Shown here in pieces: positions 1 to 12,700 of a stretch of DNA of 64,000 nucleotides. Source of the DNA: Mobula hypostoma (taxonomy: Eukaryota). The notes under the pieces were generated by a model that had not been told where the DNA came from, made no database searches, and was given only the letters and a program-made list of their open reading frames with translations. The position numbers and the translations under genes are program-made. The DNA lies in contig NC_086097.1 in the NCBI RefSeq assembly GCF_963921235.1, positions 240,066,001-240,130,000 on the forward strand. Direction: 5' to 3'. How positions within the stretch are numbered: the first letter of the stretch is position 1; the number at the start of each line of letters is the position of its first letter.

Positions 1-904
1 AAATTACACATTTCACTATATGTTTCGATGTACATTCAAAGGATTCAAAGAACATGTATTATCAAAGTGTGTATGCAATATATAACCTTGAGGTTCATCT
101 TCCCCACAAACAACCATGAAATAAAGAACCCGTTCAAGGGAAAACATCAACCGCACCCCCCCCATGCTCAACAAACAAATCAGCACAAACGGTAACAAGA
201 AAGAATAAGCAAAGAAACACAGCATATAAAACACAAAATCGAAAGCGTCCATATTCAGTTCGGCTCACTGGACGTTATCTGCATGCCTCCCTGATTCAGA
301 GTCACACAAAACAGCAACAAGGAAAGGAGCAACCAGCAGCACATCATAATGTGAAAGCCAGTCCAATCCACAAACCGCAGACCCAGAACTTCAATCCCAT
401 CATCCAAGAGCGCCGAGGGAGAGAGAGACCACTGGAACACATGTGAACAAAGAAGCTAATCTTACAGGTAATCAGATCATTTAGCAATAATTATACTTCC
501 TCCCTTTTTACCTTGCACATCTTATCTCCCTCCCATATTGTTCCTTTCTAGTGACTCACATCTTGTAACAGCAATACAATAAATCTTATATAATTTAGTT
601 TACATTTCCACACTACTTTAATTCCCCTGATGTTCGCATTGCCTGATTTTTGTTGCCAAGAAGGCTTTTTTATTGAAATGGAAATTTTCTGATCTCTCAC
701 CACTCCCATGAGACATAACCACTCTGAACTTGGAGGCTGGAACAGGAGGAATCTGCAGTTACTTCCATTAATAAGTTGTTTGCTCAAAGTTTCTCTGGAT
801 TTTTAACCTCTTGTGGAGCTGCTTCATTTACAGCTGGAATAAATCTCGCAGGCATTTTCTTTCTGATGATGTGGAATTTCAGTCAATCTTTGCTAGAGCA
901 GTGA

Positions 905-1108
905 TTAGTGTAACAATGGTACAATGGTAGAGATTCTGGTTCAATTCTGCCACTGTACATTTGTACGTTCTCCCCATAACCACGTGGGTTTCCTCCAAGT
1001 GCTCTGGTTCCCTCCCATACTCCAAAGACATACAAGTTGGTAGGTTAATTGATATCGTGGGTGTAATTGGGTAGTGTTGGGTTAGAGGGGCCTGCTACTC
1101 TGCTTGGA
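905..1108 (+). mobile_element. V-SINE (HE1-like tRNA-derived SINE), degenerate
   Basis: V-domain-like core ttgtacgttctcccc...gtgggtttcctccaagtgctctggttccctcccatactccaaagac preceded by a decayed tRNA-like head; many related copies in the window. Confidence 0.65.
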
Positions 1109-1139
1109 CTATAGGGCATGTTTTATGAAGGTAGATTGA

Positions 1140-1470
1140 GCAAGCAAGGTCTTTTTTCTCTGTTGTGAAGGAGCATGACAGCTGAGTTGATACAAGTGTA
1201 CAAGATGATAAGAGGCATAGATAGACCAGACAGCCAGCGACTTTTTCCAGGGTGGAAATGATTAGTACAGGGGGAATGATTTCAAGGTACATGGGGAAAT
1301 ATCCGAGGTATGTTTTTTTTTACATAGAGTGGTGGATATGTGGAACGCCCTGCAAGGGTGGTGATAGAGGCAGATACGTTAGGGACATTTAAGAATCTCT
1401 CAGGCAGGCACATTGATGATAGAAAAATTGAGGGTTATGTAAAAGGAAGTTATGAAATTAATCTCACAGT
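1140..1470 (+). mobile_element. CR1 LINE 3' fragment, degenerate
   Basis: Resembles the end of CR1 ORF2 and 3' UTR (agagtggtggatatgtggaacgccctgc...gggacatttaag) seen in better-preserved copies in this window. Confidence 0.6.
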
Positions 1471-1573
1471 AGAATCAGAATTAGGTTTAATATCATTGGC
1501 ATATGTCGTGAAATTTGTTGTTTAGCGACAGGTTAAAATTCGAAGTAAATTTATTATCTCAGTAGATACTGTA

Positions 1574-2850
1574 TACAACACTGAGCAAAAGTCTTAGGCA
1601 CATTTAAAAAATTCTGTAAAGCAAATTTGCTTTCAATAATAATTAAATGAAAGGTTTCTAAATATCAAAAAAATACTATAAAGAGCAATAAGTAGTAAAA
1701 TAAATCAAATCAATATTTGGTGTGACCACCCTTTTGCCTTTAAAACTGAATCAAATCTGTTAGGTGCACTGTGGGACAGCTTTATAAGAAAAATCAGCTG
1801 GTAGGTTCCAAGCATAAAGGAAAACTTGCCAGAGTTCTTCTGTAAACTTTGGCTGTCTTACTCACTTCTATCTCTCCAGTTAATTCCACACAGCCTCTCT
1901 GATGTTGAGCTCAAGGTTTTGTGGAGGTTATGCCATCTGCTGCAGGACTTCTTGTTCTACTTTTTGCTGGAGATAGCTCTTTATGACTTTGGCCCTGTGT
2001 TTGCAGAATGAAGATGGAATTGATCAGACCCTGAAGTTACTGCATGATGGATGTGAATCTGCTTGAACCTCTCAACATTGAGGATTCCATTAATTCTGAC
2101 CAGATCACCAACTTTAGTCAGAGTGTGGTGAATCTATGGAATTTGTTGCCATGGGCAGCAGTGGAGGCCAGGTCATTGGGTGTATTTAAGGCAGAGATTG
2201 ATAGGTATCTGAGTAGCCAGGGCATCAAAGGTTATGGTGAGAAGGCGGGGGAGTGGGACTAAATGGGAGAATGGATCAGCTCATGATAAAATGGCGGAGC
2301 AGGCTCGATGGGCCGAATGGCCGACTTCTGCTCCTTTGTCTTTATGGTCTTATGGTCTTAATTTGCAGAAATGCAGCCCCAAACCTGCAGGGAACCTCCA
2401 TCATGCTTCACTGCTGTCTGCAGACATTCATCCATGTAGCACTCTCCAACTCCTCCAAGGACAAGCTGCCTTCTGTTTGAGCCAAAGTCTCAAATCTTGA
2501 CTTGACAGTCCAGAGCACTTTCTGCCATTGTTCCACATCCCAGTCCCTGTATTTTTGTAAACAGATGAGTCTCTTGGCTTTGCTTCCACTTCAGAGGAAT
2601 GTTTTTTGGCAGAAACTCATCCATGAGGGCCACTTCTGATAAGACTTCTCCCATCTGTAGAGGGGTGTAAATGGGTGGCTTAATGATCCTTGGAGGATCG
2701 TTGTTGTGTTTTTACTTTGTACTGTACCAGCAGCTATGGTTGAAATAACAATAAAAGCAACTCGACTTGACTTGACTTGACTTCTCTGAGTTTAGAGCTG
2801 ATAGCAGTGCTTTCTTCAGGTTTAGTAGGAAAGTCAGTCTGATGTACTGT
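1574..2850 (-). mobile_element. Tc1/mariner DNA transposon relic, interrupted by CR1 and other fragments
   Basis: TA followed by Tc1-type terminus caacactgagcaaaagtcttaggcac; internal sequence resembles decayed antisense Tc1 transposase (gcagccccaaacc...); no intact ORF. Confidence 0.55.
2113..2358 (+). mobile_element. CR1 LINE 3' end (5'-truncated)
   Basis: Encodes ORF2 C-terminus VVNLWNLLP...GIKGYGEKAGEWD, then 3' UTR with (tcttatgg)n tail; closely matches copies at 25435 and 44413. Confidence 0.85.
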
Positions 2851-3472
2851 ATGTCACCTGAGATTCCTTTGTGGGCACAGTAAATATAAAGAGACACAAT
2901 TGCATCAATGAAAGACCACACACAACAAGACGGACAGACACCAAATGTACAAAAGATAACAATCGTTACAAATGCAAATACAGAAAGAATAATAAGGATC
3001 ACATCACGCATAATCAGTGCCGGATTATCGAAGGAACTGGACTACAGGTAGTCCAATCTGAAGGTCGACTGTAATAAATAAACAAGCAATAAATATCAAG
3101 TACATGAGATGAAGAGACCTTGAAGTTGAGTCCATAGGTTGTGGGAACAGTTCAGTGTTAGGGTGAGTGAGGTTAAGTGAAATTATCATCTCTGGTTCAA
3201 GAGCTTGATGGTTCAGGTGTAATAACTGCCCTTGTGCCTCGTGGTATGGGCCTTGAGGCTCCTGTACCCCACTCTTGATGGCAGCAAGGAGAAAGGAGCA
3301 GGGCCTGGCTGGTGGGGGTCCCTGATAGTGGATGCTGTTTTCCTGCTACAGCGCTCCATGTAGATATTTAAACGTAAACAACAGGAATTCTGCAGATGCT
3401 GGAAATTCAAGCAACATACATCAAAGTTGCTGGTGAACGCAGCAGGCCAAGCAGCATCTATAGGAAGAGGCG

Positions 3473-3514
3473 CAGTCGACGTTTCAGGCCGAGACCCTTC
3501 GTCAGGACTAACTG
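3473..3514 (-). ncRNA. Minimal type I hammerhead ribozyme motif of Penelope pseudo-LTR
   Basis: Minus strand reads agtc CTGACGA agggtctcggcct GAAA cgtc gact: both conserved core boxes, stem II, stem I agtc/gact, GUC cleavage triplet. Confidence 0.8.
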
Positions 3515-3802
3515 AAGGAAGAGTGAGTAAGGGATTTGAAAGCTGGAGGGGGAGGGGGAGATGCAAAATGATAGGAGAAGACAGGAGGGGGAGGGATAGA
3601 GCCGAGAGCTGGACAGGTGATAGGCAAAAGGGGATACGAGAGGATCATGGGACAGGAGGCCTAGGGAGAAAGATGGGGGGGGGGGGACCCAGAGGATGGG
3701 CAAGAGGTATATTCAGAGGGACAGAGGGAGAAAAAGGAGAGTGAGAGAAAGAATGTGTGCATAAAAAGGAGTAACAGCTGGGGTACGAGGGGGAGGTGGG
3801 GC

Positions 3803-4129
3803 CTAGCGGAAGTTAGAGAAGTCAATGTTCATGCCATCAGGTTGGAGGCTACCCAGACGGAATATAAGGTGTTGTTCCTCCAACCTGAGTGTGGCTTCAT
3901 CTTTACAGTAGAGGAGGCCGTGGATAGACATGTCAGAATGGGAATGGGATGTGGAATTAAAATGTGTGGCCACTGGGAGATCCTGCTTTCTCAGGCGGAC
4001 AGAGCGTAGATGTTCAGCAAAGCGGTCTCCCAGTCTGCGTCGGGTCTCACCAATATATAAAAGGCCACATCGGGAGCACCGGACGCAGTATATCACTCCA
4101 GTCGACTCACAGGTGAAGTGATGCCTCAC
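3803..4129 (-). CDS. Penelope GIY-YIG endonuclease domain (C-terminal fragment of PLE ORF)
   Basis: VIYCVRCSRCGLLYIGET-RRLGDRFAEH: GIY-YIG signature with the CxxC insert typical of PLEs; ends at a natural stop (GMNIDFSNFR*); 5'-truncated. Confidence 0.85.
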   Translation of the reverse strand: MRHHFTCESTGVIYCVRCSRCGLLYIGETRRRLGDRFAEHLRSVRLRKQDLPVATHFNSTSHSHSDMSIHGLLYCKDEATLRLEEQHLIFRLGSLQPDGMNIDFSNFR

Positions 4130-4227
4130 CTGGAAGGACTGTTTGGGGCCCTGAATGGTGGTAAGGGAGGAAGTGTAAGGGCATGTGTAGCACTTGTTCC
4201 GCTTAGGGCCCCAAACAGTCCTTCCAG

Positions 4228-4554
4228 GTGAGGCATCACTTCACCTGTGAGTCGACTGGAGTGATATACTGCGTCCGGTGCTCCCGATGTGGCCTTTTAT
4301 ATATTGGTGAGACCCGACGCAGACTGGGAGACCGCTTTGCTGAACATCTACGCTCTGTCCGCCAGAGAAAGCAGGATCTCCCAGTGGCCACACATTTTAA
4401 TTCCACATCCCATTCCCATTCTGACATGTCTATCCACGGCCTCCTCTACTGTAAAGATGAAGCCACACTCAGGTTGGAGGAACAACACCTTATATTCCGT
4501 CTGGGTAGCCTCCAACCTGATGGCATGAACATTGACTTCTCTAACTTCCGCTAG
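4228..4554 (+). CDS. Penelope GIY-YIG endonuclease domain (inverted duplicate)
   Basis: Same peptide as 3803-4129 except one residue (L/Q). Confidence 0.85.
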   Translation: MRHHFTCESTGVIYCVRCSRCGLLYIGETRRRLGDRFAEHLRSVRQRKQDLPVATHFNSTSHSHSDMSIHGLLYCKDEATLRLEEQHLIFRLGSLQPDGMNIDFSNFR

Positions 4555-4841
4555 GCCCCACCTCCCCCTCGTACCCCAGCTGTTACTCCTTTTTATGCAC
4601 ACATTCTTTCTCTCACTCTCCTTTTTCTCCCTCTGTCCCTCTGAATATACCTCTTGCCCATCCTCTGGGTCCCCCCCCCCCATCTTTCTCCCTAGGCCTC
4701 CTGTCCCATGATCCTCTCGTATCCCCTTTTGCCTATCACCTGTCCAGCTCTCGGCTCTATCCCTCCCCCTCCTGTCTTCTCCTATCATTTTGCATCTCCC
4801 CCTCCCCCTCCAGCTTTCAAATCCCTTACTCACTCTTCCTT

Positions 4842-4883
4842 CAGTTAGTCCTGACGAAGGGTCTCGGCCTGAAATGTCGACTG
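4842..4883 (+). ncRNA. Minimal hammerhead ribozyme motif (mirror copy, one substitution)
   Basis: agtc CTGACGA agggtctcggcct GAAA tgtc gact. Confidence 0.7.
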
Positions 4884-5535
4884 CGCCTCTTCCTATAGAT
4901 GCTGCTTGGCCTGCTGCGTTCACCAGCAACTTTGATGTATGTTCCATGTAGATATGTTCAGTTGTGGCGAGGGCTTTAGCTGTGAGGGACGGTTCTGTAT
5001 CCGCTACTTTTTGTAGGCTTTTCCATTCAAGGGCATTGATCTTTCGATACTAGGTGATAATGCACCAGTCAATGTACTCTCCATTTGCACATCTATAGAA
5101 GTTAGTCAGAGTTTTAGATAAAATGCTGAACCTTCTAACAAAGCAAAGGTGCTGTTGTGCTTTCTTTGTAATGACACATAGGAACTGGGCCCCAGGATAG
5201 ATCCTCTGAACTGATAACAACGAAGAATTTAAAGTTGCTGTCCCTCTTCACCTCTCATCACCGATGAAGACTGGCTCCTGGACCTCTGCTTTCCTCCTCC
5301 GGAAGTCAATAACCAGCTCTTTGGTCTTGTGACATCTGGCATCACTCAGCCAGATTTTCAATCTCCCTCCTATATGCTGATTCGTCACCATCTTTGAATT
5401 GGTCAGTGACAGTGGTATCATTAGCAAACTTAACTATGGTATTTGAGCTGTGCAAGCAGGGGTCTAAGCACACAGCCTTGTGGTGACACCTGTGCTGATG
5501 TAATTGTGGAGGAAATGCTGCTGCCAATCTGAATC

Positions 5536-6135
5536 AAGTGACACAGGTGCCAAAAATGTTTTACTCCCAGATGAACCTTGATACCTTTTATGTTTGCTTT
5601 GACAGTTAAAACATGGAGGCACCTTCACAATCTCCTACTGCCCCTGCCGACCCTGTGATTTCAGGCTCTGAAACCGTTATGTGAACATCCTTAGGAGGGA
5701 GAACCCATGGAATTCTTCCAGCACAGATAGCGTATCCAGCCGAGTACTCAGCTCCTGCGCTGACCAGCCAGCTGCAGTGTTCACTGACATCTTTAGCCTC
5801 CTGCTTTGGCAGTCTGATGTACCCACCTGCTTCAAGCAGGCTTCAATTATACCAGCGCCCAAGACAAACGTGTCACCTGCCTCAGTGACTATCATTTAGT
5901 CACACTTAAATACTGTGATGAATTGCTTTGAGAGGTGGGTGAGGAAACATACCAACTTTTGCCGGAGGAGTGAATTGGATCTGATGCCATCTCATTGGCT
6001 CTTCACTCAACCCTGGAACATCTGGACAGTGAAGATGAATACATTAGGATGCTCTGTATTGATTACAGGTCAGCAGTCAATACTACAAAACTAATCAATA
6101 AGCTCCAAGACCTTGGCCTCAATACCTCCTTGTGA
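5536..6135 (+). mobile_element. Rex1/Babar LINE inverted 5' segment
   Basis: Plus-strand RT N-terminal remnants (CADQPAAVFTDIF...VPTCFKQASIIPAPK; then [11 protein letters not shown]), opposite in orientation to the adjoining 3' segment. Confidence 0.75.
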
Positions 6136-7044
6136 TTTACCGTTACATTATGAAAGACCATTGCAATCCACCACCAACTTGATAATCAGCTAATCACACT
6201 CTTTTGTTTTAGTCTAGATTTTATATAAACACTGCAGCTTTTTCCCTTTTATATTGCAGGGTACAATTTTGCTGAGAGTTATTTTTTTTGAATTACGCTT
6301 AATTGGTTATTGACAAAGCACCTCAGTGGTACTGCCAATGCCTTTTGTTTTGTCCAGTTAACGTCTGAGCCATGAAGAGCAGTGAGATCTCAGCGTCCGA
6401 TTCTTCTCTGCTGTTAAATTCATTCATTAGAGATGAGGCTGAGATGAGGACACTGCAATCACCTCAGCGGGACGTTTTCCTGCTTCTAACTGCTGCCAAG
6501 TGAATGCTGATGGAGAGAATACACACACAGGCATGAGGTCGAGATTGGGATCAGTTCGCTGCAGCTTGTTGATATTCACTGTTGCTCTCATTGCAAAATC
6601 TGGCCTCCAGCATGAACTTGTATATTAATAAGCTAGCTCTTCACCGTGTCAGTGTCTTCACTGACTGTAGGAGACGGAGTGGAAAAGCCGCAAATTAGCC
6701 AAGTACAGAAGTTAACGCAGTTTCAAGCTTTGAGTGTTCAAGGATGAGTTGATAGCGTGTTGTTACAGATATGAACCACACAGGTGTGTCGAACTAAACC
6801 AGAATGACAGTTCTGAAATCCGATAAGAAGCAATGTTGCATCACAATTGTCAATAAATGAAAAGTCGTTATTAGAAATCTTAAATACAAGTGGTTATACA
6901 GATGCTGGAAATCTAGAAGAACAAAATACTGGGGGAACACAGCAAGTCACCATTGACTATTCATTTCTCTCCGTAGTCGCTACCTAACCTGCTGAGTTCC
7001 TATTAGAAAGATTACTCGTTAAATTTCTGATTATGGAGACAATA

Positions 7045-7370
7045 TGGGACAGCACTGTAGCGGAAGAGTGGCATGGTTGCACTGTGCTCTACAGTGAGGA
7101 TCAAATCCCGCCAGTGTCTGTACGGAGTTTGTACATTCGCCCTGTGACCATGTGGGTTTCCTCTGGGTGCTCCATTTTCTCCCACATTCCAAAGGCATAC
7201 AGATTAGGTGAGTAAGCTGTGAGCATGTTATCTAGGCAGTGGAAGCAAGGCAACACTTGGGGGCTGCCCCGAACATATCCTTGGACTGTGTTGGTTGTTG
7301 AAGCAAGTGACACATTTCACTGTATGATTTCATGTTTCAATGTGCATGTGAAAAGCAAAGTTAACTTTTA
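7045..7370 (+). mobile_element. V-SINE (HE1-like)
   Basis: V-domain core gagtttgtacattcgccctgtgaccatgtgggtttcctctgggtgctcc...cccacattccaaag with LINE-like 3' tail. Confidence 0.7.
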
Positions 7371-7502
7371 AAGGCAACAATCATCATCGGTGTGTGGGGG
7401 TATCTTTACTCTGAGTCATTTGGCCAAGCTGTCCCAGAATAGCTACAACACTGGCATCTACCTGGTGTAATGCTTGATTCGCCTAGCGGCTTAATAGAGG
7501 CC

Positions 7503-10500
7503 TATAACCATATAACAATAACAGCACGGAAATAGGCCAGCTTCGACCTTCTAGTCCGTGCCAAATGCTTACTCTCACCTAGTCCCACCGACCTGCACTC
7601 AGCCCATAACCCTCCATTCCTTTCCTGTCCATATAGCTATCCAATTTTACTTCAAATGAAAATATCAAGCCCAACTCTACCACTTCTGCTGGAAGCTCGT
7701 TCCACACAGCTACCACTCTCTGAGTAAAGAAGTTCCCCCTCGTGTTACCCCTAATTTTTGCCCCTAAATCTCAACTCACGTCCTCTTGTTTGAATCTCTC
7801 CTACTCTCAATGGAAAAAGCCTATCCACGTCAACTCTATCTATCCCCCTCATAATTTTAGATACCTCTATCAAGTGCCCCCTCAACCTTCTACGCTCCAA
7901 AGAATAAAAACCCAATTTGTTCAATCTTTCTCTGTAATTTAGGTGCTGAAAACCAGGTAACATTCTAGTAAATCTTCTCTGTACTCTCTCTATTTTATTG
8001 ACATCTTTCCTATAATGCAGTGACCAGAACTGTACACAATACTCCAAATTTGGCCTTACCAATGTCTTGTACAATTTTAACATTACATCCTAACTCCTAT
8101 ACTCATTACTCTGATTTATAAAGGCCAGCATACCAGAAGCTTTCTCCACTACCCTATCCACATGAGATTCCACCTTCAGGGAACTATACACCATTATTCC
8201 TAGATCCCTCTGTTCTACTGCATTCTTCAATGCCCTACTATTTATCATGTATGTCCTATTTTGATTAGTCCTACCAAAATGTAGCACCTCACACTTATCA
8301 GCATTAAACTCCATTTGCCATCTTTCAGCCCACTCTTCTAACTGGCCTAAATCTCTCTGCAAGCTTTGAAAGCCTACTTCACTATCCACAACTCCATCTA
8401 TCTTAGTATCATCTGCATACTTACTAATCCAATTTACCACCCCATCATCCAGATCATTAATGTATATCACAAACAACATTGGACCCAGTACAGATCCCTG
8501 AGGCACACCACTAGTCACCGGCCTCCACCCTGACAAACAGTTATCCACCACCACTCTCTAGTGTCTCCCATCCAGCCACTGTTGAATCCATTTTACTACT
8601 TCAATATTAATTCGTAACGATTGAACCATCTTAACTAAACTTCCGTGTGGAACCTTGTCAAAGGCCTTACTGAAGTCCATGTAGACAACATCCAGTGCTT
8701 TACCCTCGTCAACTTTCCTAGTAACCTCTTCAAATAATTCAATAAGATTTGTCAAACATGACCTTCCACGCACAAATCCATGTTGACTGTTCCTAATCAG
8801 ATCCTGTCTATCCAGATAATTATATATACCACCTCTAAGAATATTTTCCATTAATTTACCCACCACTGACATCAAACTTACAGGCCAATAACTGCTAGGT
8901 TTACTCTTAGAACCCTTTTTAAACAATGGAACAACATGAGCAATATGCCAATCCCCTGGCACCATTCTTGTTTCTAATGACATTTGAAATATTTCTGTCA
9001 GAGCCTCTGCTATTTCCAGACTAACTTCTCTCAAGGTCCTAGGGAATATCCTGTCATAACCCAGAGACTTATCCACTTTTATATTCCTTAAAAGCGCCAG
9101 TACTTCCTCTTCTTTAATCATCATAGTTTCCATACCTTCCCTTCTTGTTTCCCTTACCTTAAACAATTCAATATCCTTCTCCTGAGTGAATACCAAAGAA
9201 AAGAAATTATTCAAAATCTCCCCCATCTCTTTTGGCTTCACACATAGCTGTCCACTCTGATTCTCTAAGGGACAAATTTTATCCCTCACTATCCTTTTGC
9301 TATTAACATAACTGTAGAAACCCTCTGGGTTTATTTTCACCCTTCTTGCCAAAGCAACCTCATATCTTCTTTTAGCTTTTCTAATTTCTTTCTTAAGATT
9401 CTTTTTACATTCTTTATGTTCCTTGAGCACCTCATTTACTCCATGCTTTCTATTTTTATTGTCGATCTCTCTCTTTTTTCCAAACCAAGTTTCCAATATC
9501 CCTTGAAAACCATGGCTCTCTCAAACTTTTAACCTTTCCTTTCAACCTAACAGGAACATAACAATTCTGTCCCCTCAAAATTTCACCTTTAAATGACCTC
9601 CATTTCTCTATTACGTCCTTCCCATAAAACAATTTGTCCCAATCCACTCCTAAATCCTTTCACATCTCCATAAAGTTAACCTTTCTCCAATCAAAAATCT
9701 CAACCCTGGGTCCAAACCTATCCTTCTCCATAATTATATTGAAACTAATGGCATTGTGATTACTGGACCCGAAGTGCTCCCCATCACATACCTCCGTCAC
9801 CTGACCTATCTCATTCCCTAACAGGAGATCCAACACTGCCCCTTCTCAAGTTGGTACCTCTATGTATTGCTGCAAAAAACTATCCTGCACACATTTTACA
9901 AACTCCAAACCATCCAGCCCTTTTACAGTATGGGCTTCCTAGTCTATGTGTGGAAAATTAAAATCTCCCACAATGACAACCTTGCACTTACTACAAATAT
10001 CTGCTATCTCTTTACAGGGGTGTATTATAGACCACCTAATATAAGTGTTACTACACCTTTCACATTCCTTAATTCCACCCAAATAGCCTCCCTAGACGAG
10101 CCCTCTTATCTATCCTGCCAGAGCACCTTTGTAATATTTTCTCTGACAAGCAATGCAACACCTCCCCCTCTTGTCCCTCGATTCTATCACACCTGAAGCA
10201 AAAAAATCCAGGAATATCTAGTTACCAATCCCACCCCTCCTGCAACCATGTTTCACTAATAGCTACACCATCATACCTCCAGGTATCAATCCATGCTCTA
10301 AGCTCATCCACCTTTCTTATAATGTTTCTAGCATTAAAATAAATGCATTTAAGAAATTTTCCACCTCTTACTCTCTGTTTATCACGAACGGTGCAAACAA
10401 CTTTATTTTCTCCTTTTTCTTCCTTCTCCCCTACATTTGTTCCTACACTCTGGTTCCCCTCCCGCCTTGTATCTAGTTATCCACTGGAGCCTCTCTAGCA

Positions 10501-10705
10501 AACGTACCTTCAAGAATATTTGTCCCCCTCCAGTACAGATGTAAAACGTCCCTCTGGAACAGGTCCCACCTTCCCTGGAAAACTGCCCAATTATCTATAA
10601 ATCTGAAACCCTCCCTCCTGCACCATGTCTTCAACCACGTGTTGAGCTACGCTATCTTACTATTTCTAAGCCCGCTTGCATGTGGCACTGGTGACAATCG
10701 TGAGA
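7503..10705 (-). mobile_element. CR1 LINE, long decayed copy (upstream remnant, endonuclease remnant, RT, 3' UTR)
   Basis: ORF pieces 9496-8558, 8554-8090 and 8083-7751 carry CR1 RT motifs ([32 protein letters not shown]) broken by stops; 3' tail at about 7505. Confidence 0.92.
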
Positions 10706-11264
10706 TCCTGCCCAGCCAAACTTAAGAAATCTCGTTTGGGTAGATGCTGCGCGATGTGTCCTCTGTTACAAATCGGTACCCCAAAATAACAAACAGTACA
10801 CAACATGTGATTAAATGATTAAGCTTTATAACTCTTACTTTGACAATATGGTTAGTAGAGAAACAAAATGTAAAAGAAAAAGGGTCCAATTCTGATTAAA
10901 CGGTCTGTGCCCACAAAGTTGGAGCTCATGCAATCCAGTAGTTCTTCTTCCACCATCGATCTCCTCTGAGCGTCTCCGACCTTCAGACCCCCATTCTGAA
11001 TCCACCCCATCCAGCGGTCTACCAAATTTCTCCATTTGCATCTTCTCTCTTCATCTCTCTCTCTCCCTCTCGCAAAAGCCCACGAAAACAACTGCTCCCA
11101 GAATCACAAGACAGGGCAACAAAAGCCTGATTGGCTAACATGCATCAACAGTCCAGTTATCTCTGACCATAACCCAAACATTGCTGCTACAGAAAAACCA
11201 TTATTTCAGCAATGAACATTACAAAAAACAATTACATAGCAGTGAACCCTTACAGCATGTTACA
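10706..11264. mobile_element. Possible solo/partial LTR
   Basis: Non-coding block between two LINE fragments ending in ...tgttaca (LTR-like CA terminus); no partner LTR or TSD found. Confidence 0.3.
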
Positions 11265-11574
11265 CTGACAATGTGGAAATTTGTCAGGTAAGTCTTGTCC
11301 TCAAGAAGCAGGATGAATCTATCCTGGGCAATTACTGTCCCACAAGTTTGCTCTTGATAAGATCAGAGTCATAGAATGCTACAGAACAAAGACAGGCATT
11401 TCGGCCCATCTAGTCAATACCAATTATTAATCTGCCTCATCTCATTGGCCTGCACCTGGACCATAGCCCTGCATACTGCTCCCATCCACGTACCTATTCA
11501 AATTAGTCTTAAATGTTGAAATCAAATCCCCATCCACCACTTGCGCTGACAGCTCATTTCACACTCTCACCACC

Positions 11575-11706
11575 CTCTGAAGGACAGTCCTGGCCCGAAA
11601 CATCAACTGTACTCTTTTCCGTATTTGCTTCCTGGCCTGCTGAGCTCCTCCAGCATTTTGTGTGTGTTGCTTGGATTTCCAGCATCTGCAGATTTTCTCT
11701 CGTTTG
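11575..11706 (+). mobile_element. Penelope pseudo-LTR/tail fragment with decayed hammerhead
   Basis: ggcccgaaacatcaactg...cctgctgagctcctccagcattttgtg...ccagcatctgcagattttctc matches the PLE terminus of 3368-3510. Confidence 0.7.
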
Positions 11707-12085
11707 AGAGGAGAGCATGACATGGATGGTGGAGGTTCTTGATGTTGGATGCTATTTTCCTGTGACAATGCTCTGTGTAGATGTACTCAGCGGTTGGGAA
11801 GACTTTACTCGTAATCAATTGGGCTGTATCCTCTACTTTTTGTAGGATTTTCCGTTCAACGGCATTGGTGTTTCCATACCATACTGTGATGCAGCCAGTC
11901 AATATACTCTCCACTACACAGCTATAGAAGTTTGTCAAGGTTTTTGGATGTCAGAACAAATCTACACAAATTCTAAAGCACTTAAAGGCACTGCCCTGCT
12001 TTCTTTGTAATGTGCTGGGCCTCTGGGTCAGGTCATCTGAAATAATAACGCTGAGAAATGTAAACTTGCTGATCCTCTCCACATC
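11707..12085 (-). mobile_element. Rex1/Babar LINE 3' fragment
   Basis: NFYSCVVESILTGCITVWYGN...LQKVEDTAQLIT, typical Rex1 ORF C-terminal region. Confidence 0.8.
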
Positions 12086-12700
12086 TGATACCTCGATCAG
12101 ACCTCCCCTCATTCTCCTGCCCTCCAGTGAATAAAGCTCTAATCTATTCAAACCTCTCCCTAAAACTCAGGTCCACAGGTCCTGGCAATATCCTTTTCAA
12201 TTTCCTCTGCACTCTTTCAAACTTATTGATATCTTTCCTTTAGATAGGTGACCAGAAATGCACATAATACTCCAGATTAGGCCTCTCAGACATCTTGGAC
12301 AAGTTCAACATAACATCCCAACTCCTGTCCTCAATATGTTGATTTATGAAGACCAATGTGTCAGAAGCTCTCTTTATGACCCTATCCTCTGAAAAGTGAG
12401 GGAAGGGATGATTGATGGTACGAACAAGTGGCATTTGCTAAGAACAACTTATTCACAGAAGTTAATTTTGAGTTTTGCCAAAATAATGCAGCTCCTGATC
12501 TCAATACAGCCTCCTATTGAATGTGGATAGGCCTTGAAAGAATGTATATAGAGAGGTTGCTTCTTGTGGTAGGGGAGTTTAAGACCAGAGGACACAGACT
12601 CAGAATAGAGAGGTGTACTTTTAGAACGGCGATAAGGAGGAATTTCTTTAGCTAGAGAGTGGTAAGTCAGTGGAATTCTTTGCTTAGGCAGTTGTGGAGG

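Larger units (their letters stand above)
3368..4942. mobile_element. Penelope-like element, fold-back (head-to-head inverted) insertion with 12-13 bp TSD
   Basis: Inverted arms 3413-4152 and 4205-4943; direct repeat tccatgtagatat at 3355-3367 and 4943-4955; GIY-YIG ORF and hammerhead motif in each arm. Confidence 0.93.
2840..5535 (-). mobile_element. Rex1/Babar-clade LINE, non-inverted 3' segment (split by Penelope insertion 3368-4942)
   Basis: Minus-strand RT remnants (IVKFANDTTV...DESAYRREIENLAE; IRDPHQPG...LLPS) and Rex-type 3' UTR. Confidence 0.75.

Noticed and set aside
548..787. Minus-strand ORF ending near a gtgagt donor
   Set aside because: No recognisable protein features or clear acceptor in frame.
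3413..4943. Palindrome as an assembly fold-back artefact
   Set aside because: The arms differ at three positions, the unit is bounded by a TSD, and the host LINE continues colinearly on both sides; read-level confirmation is still desirable.
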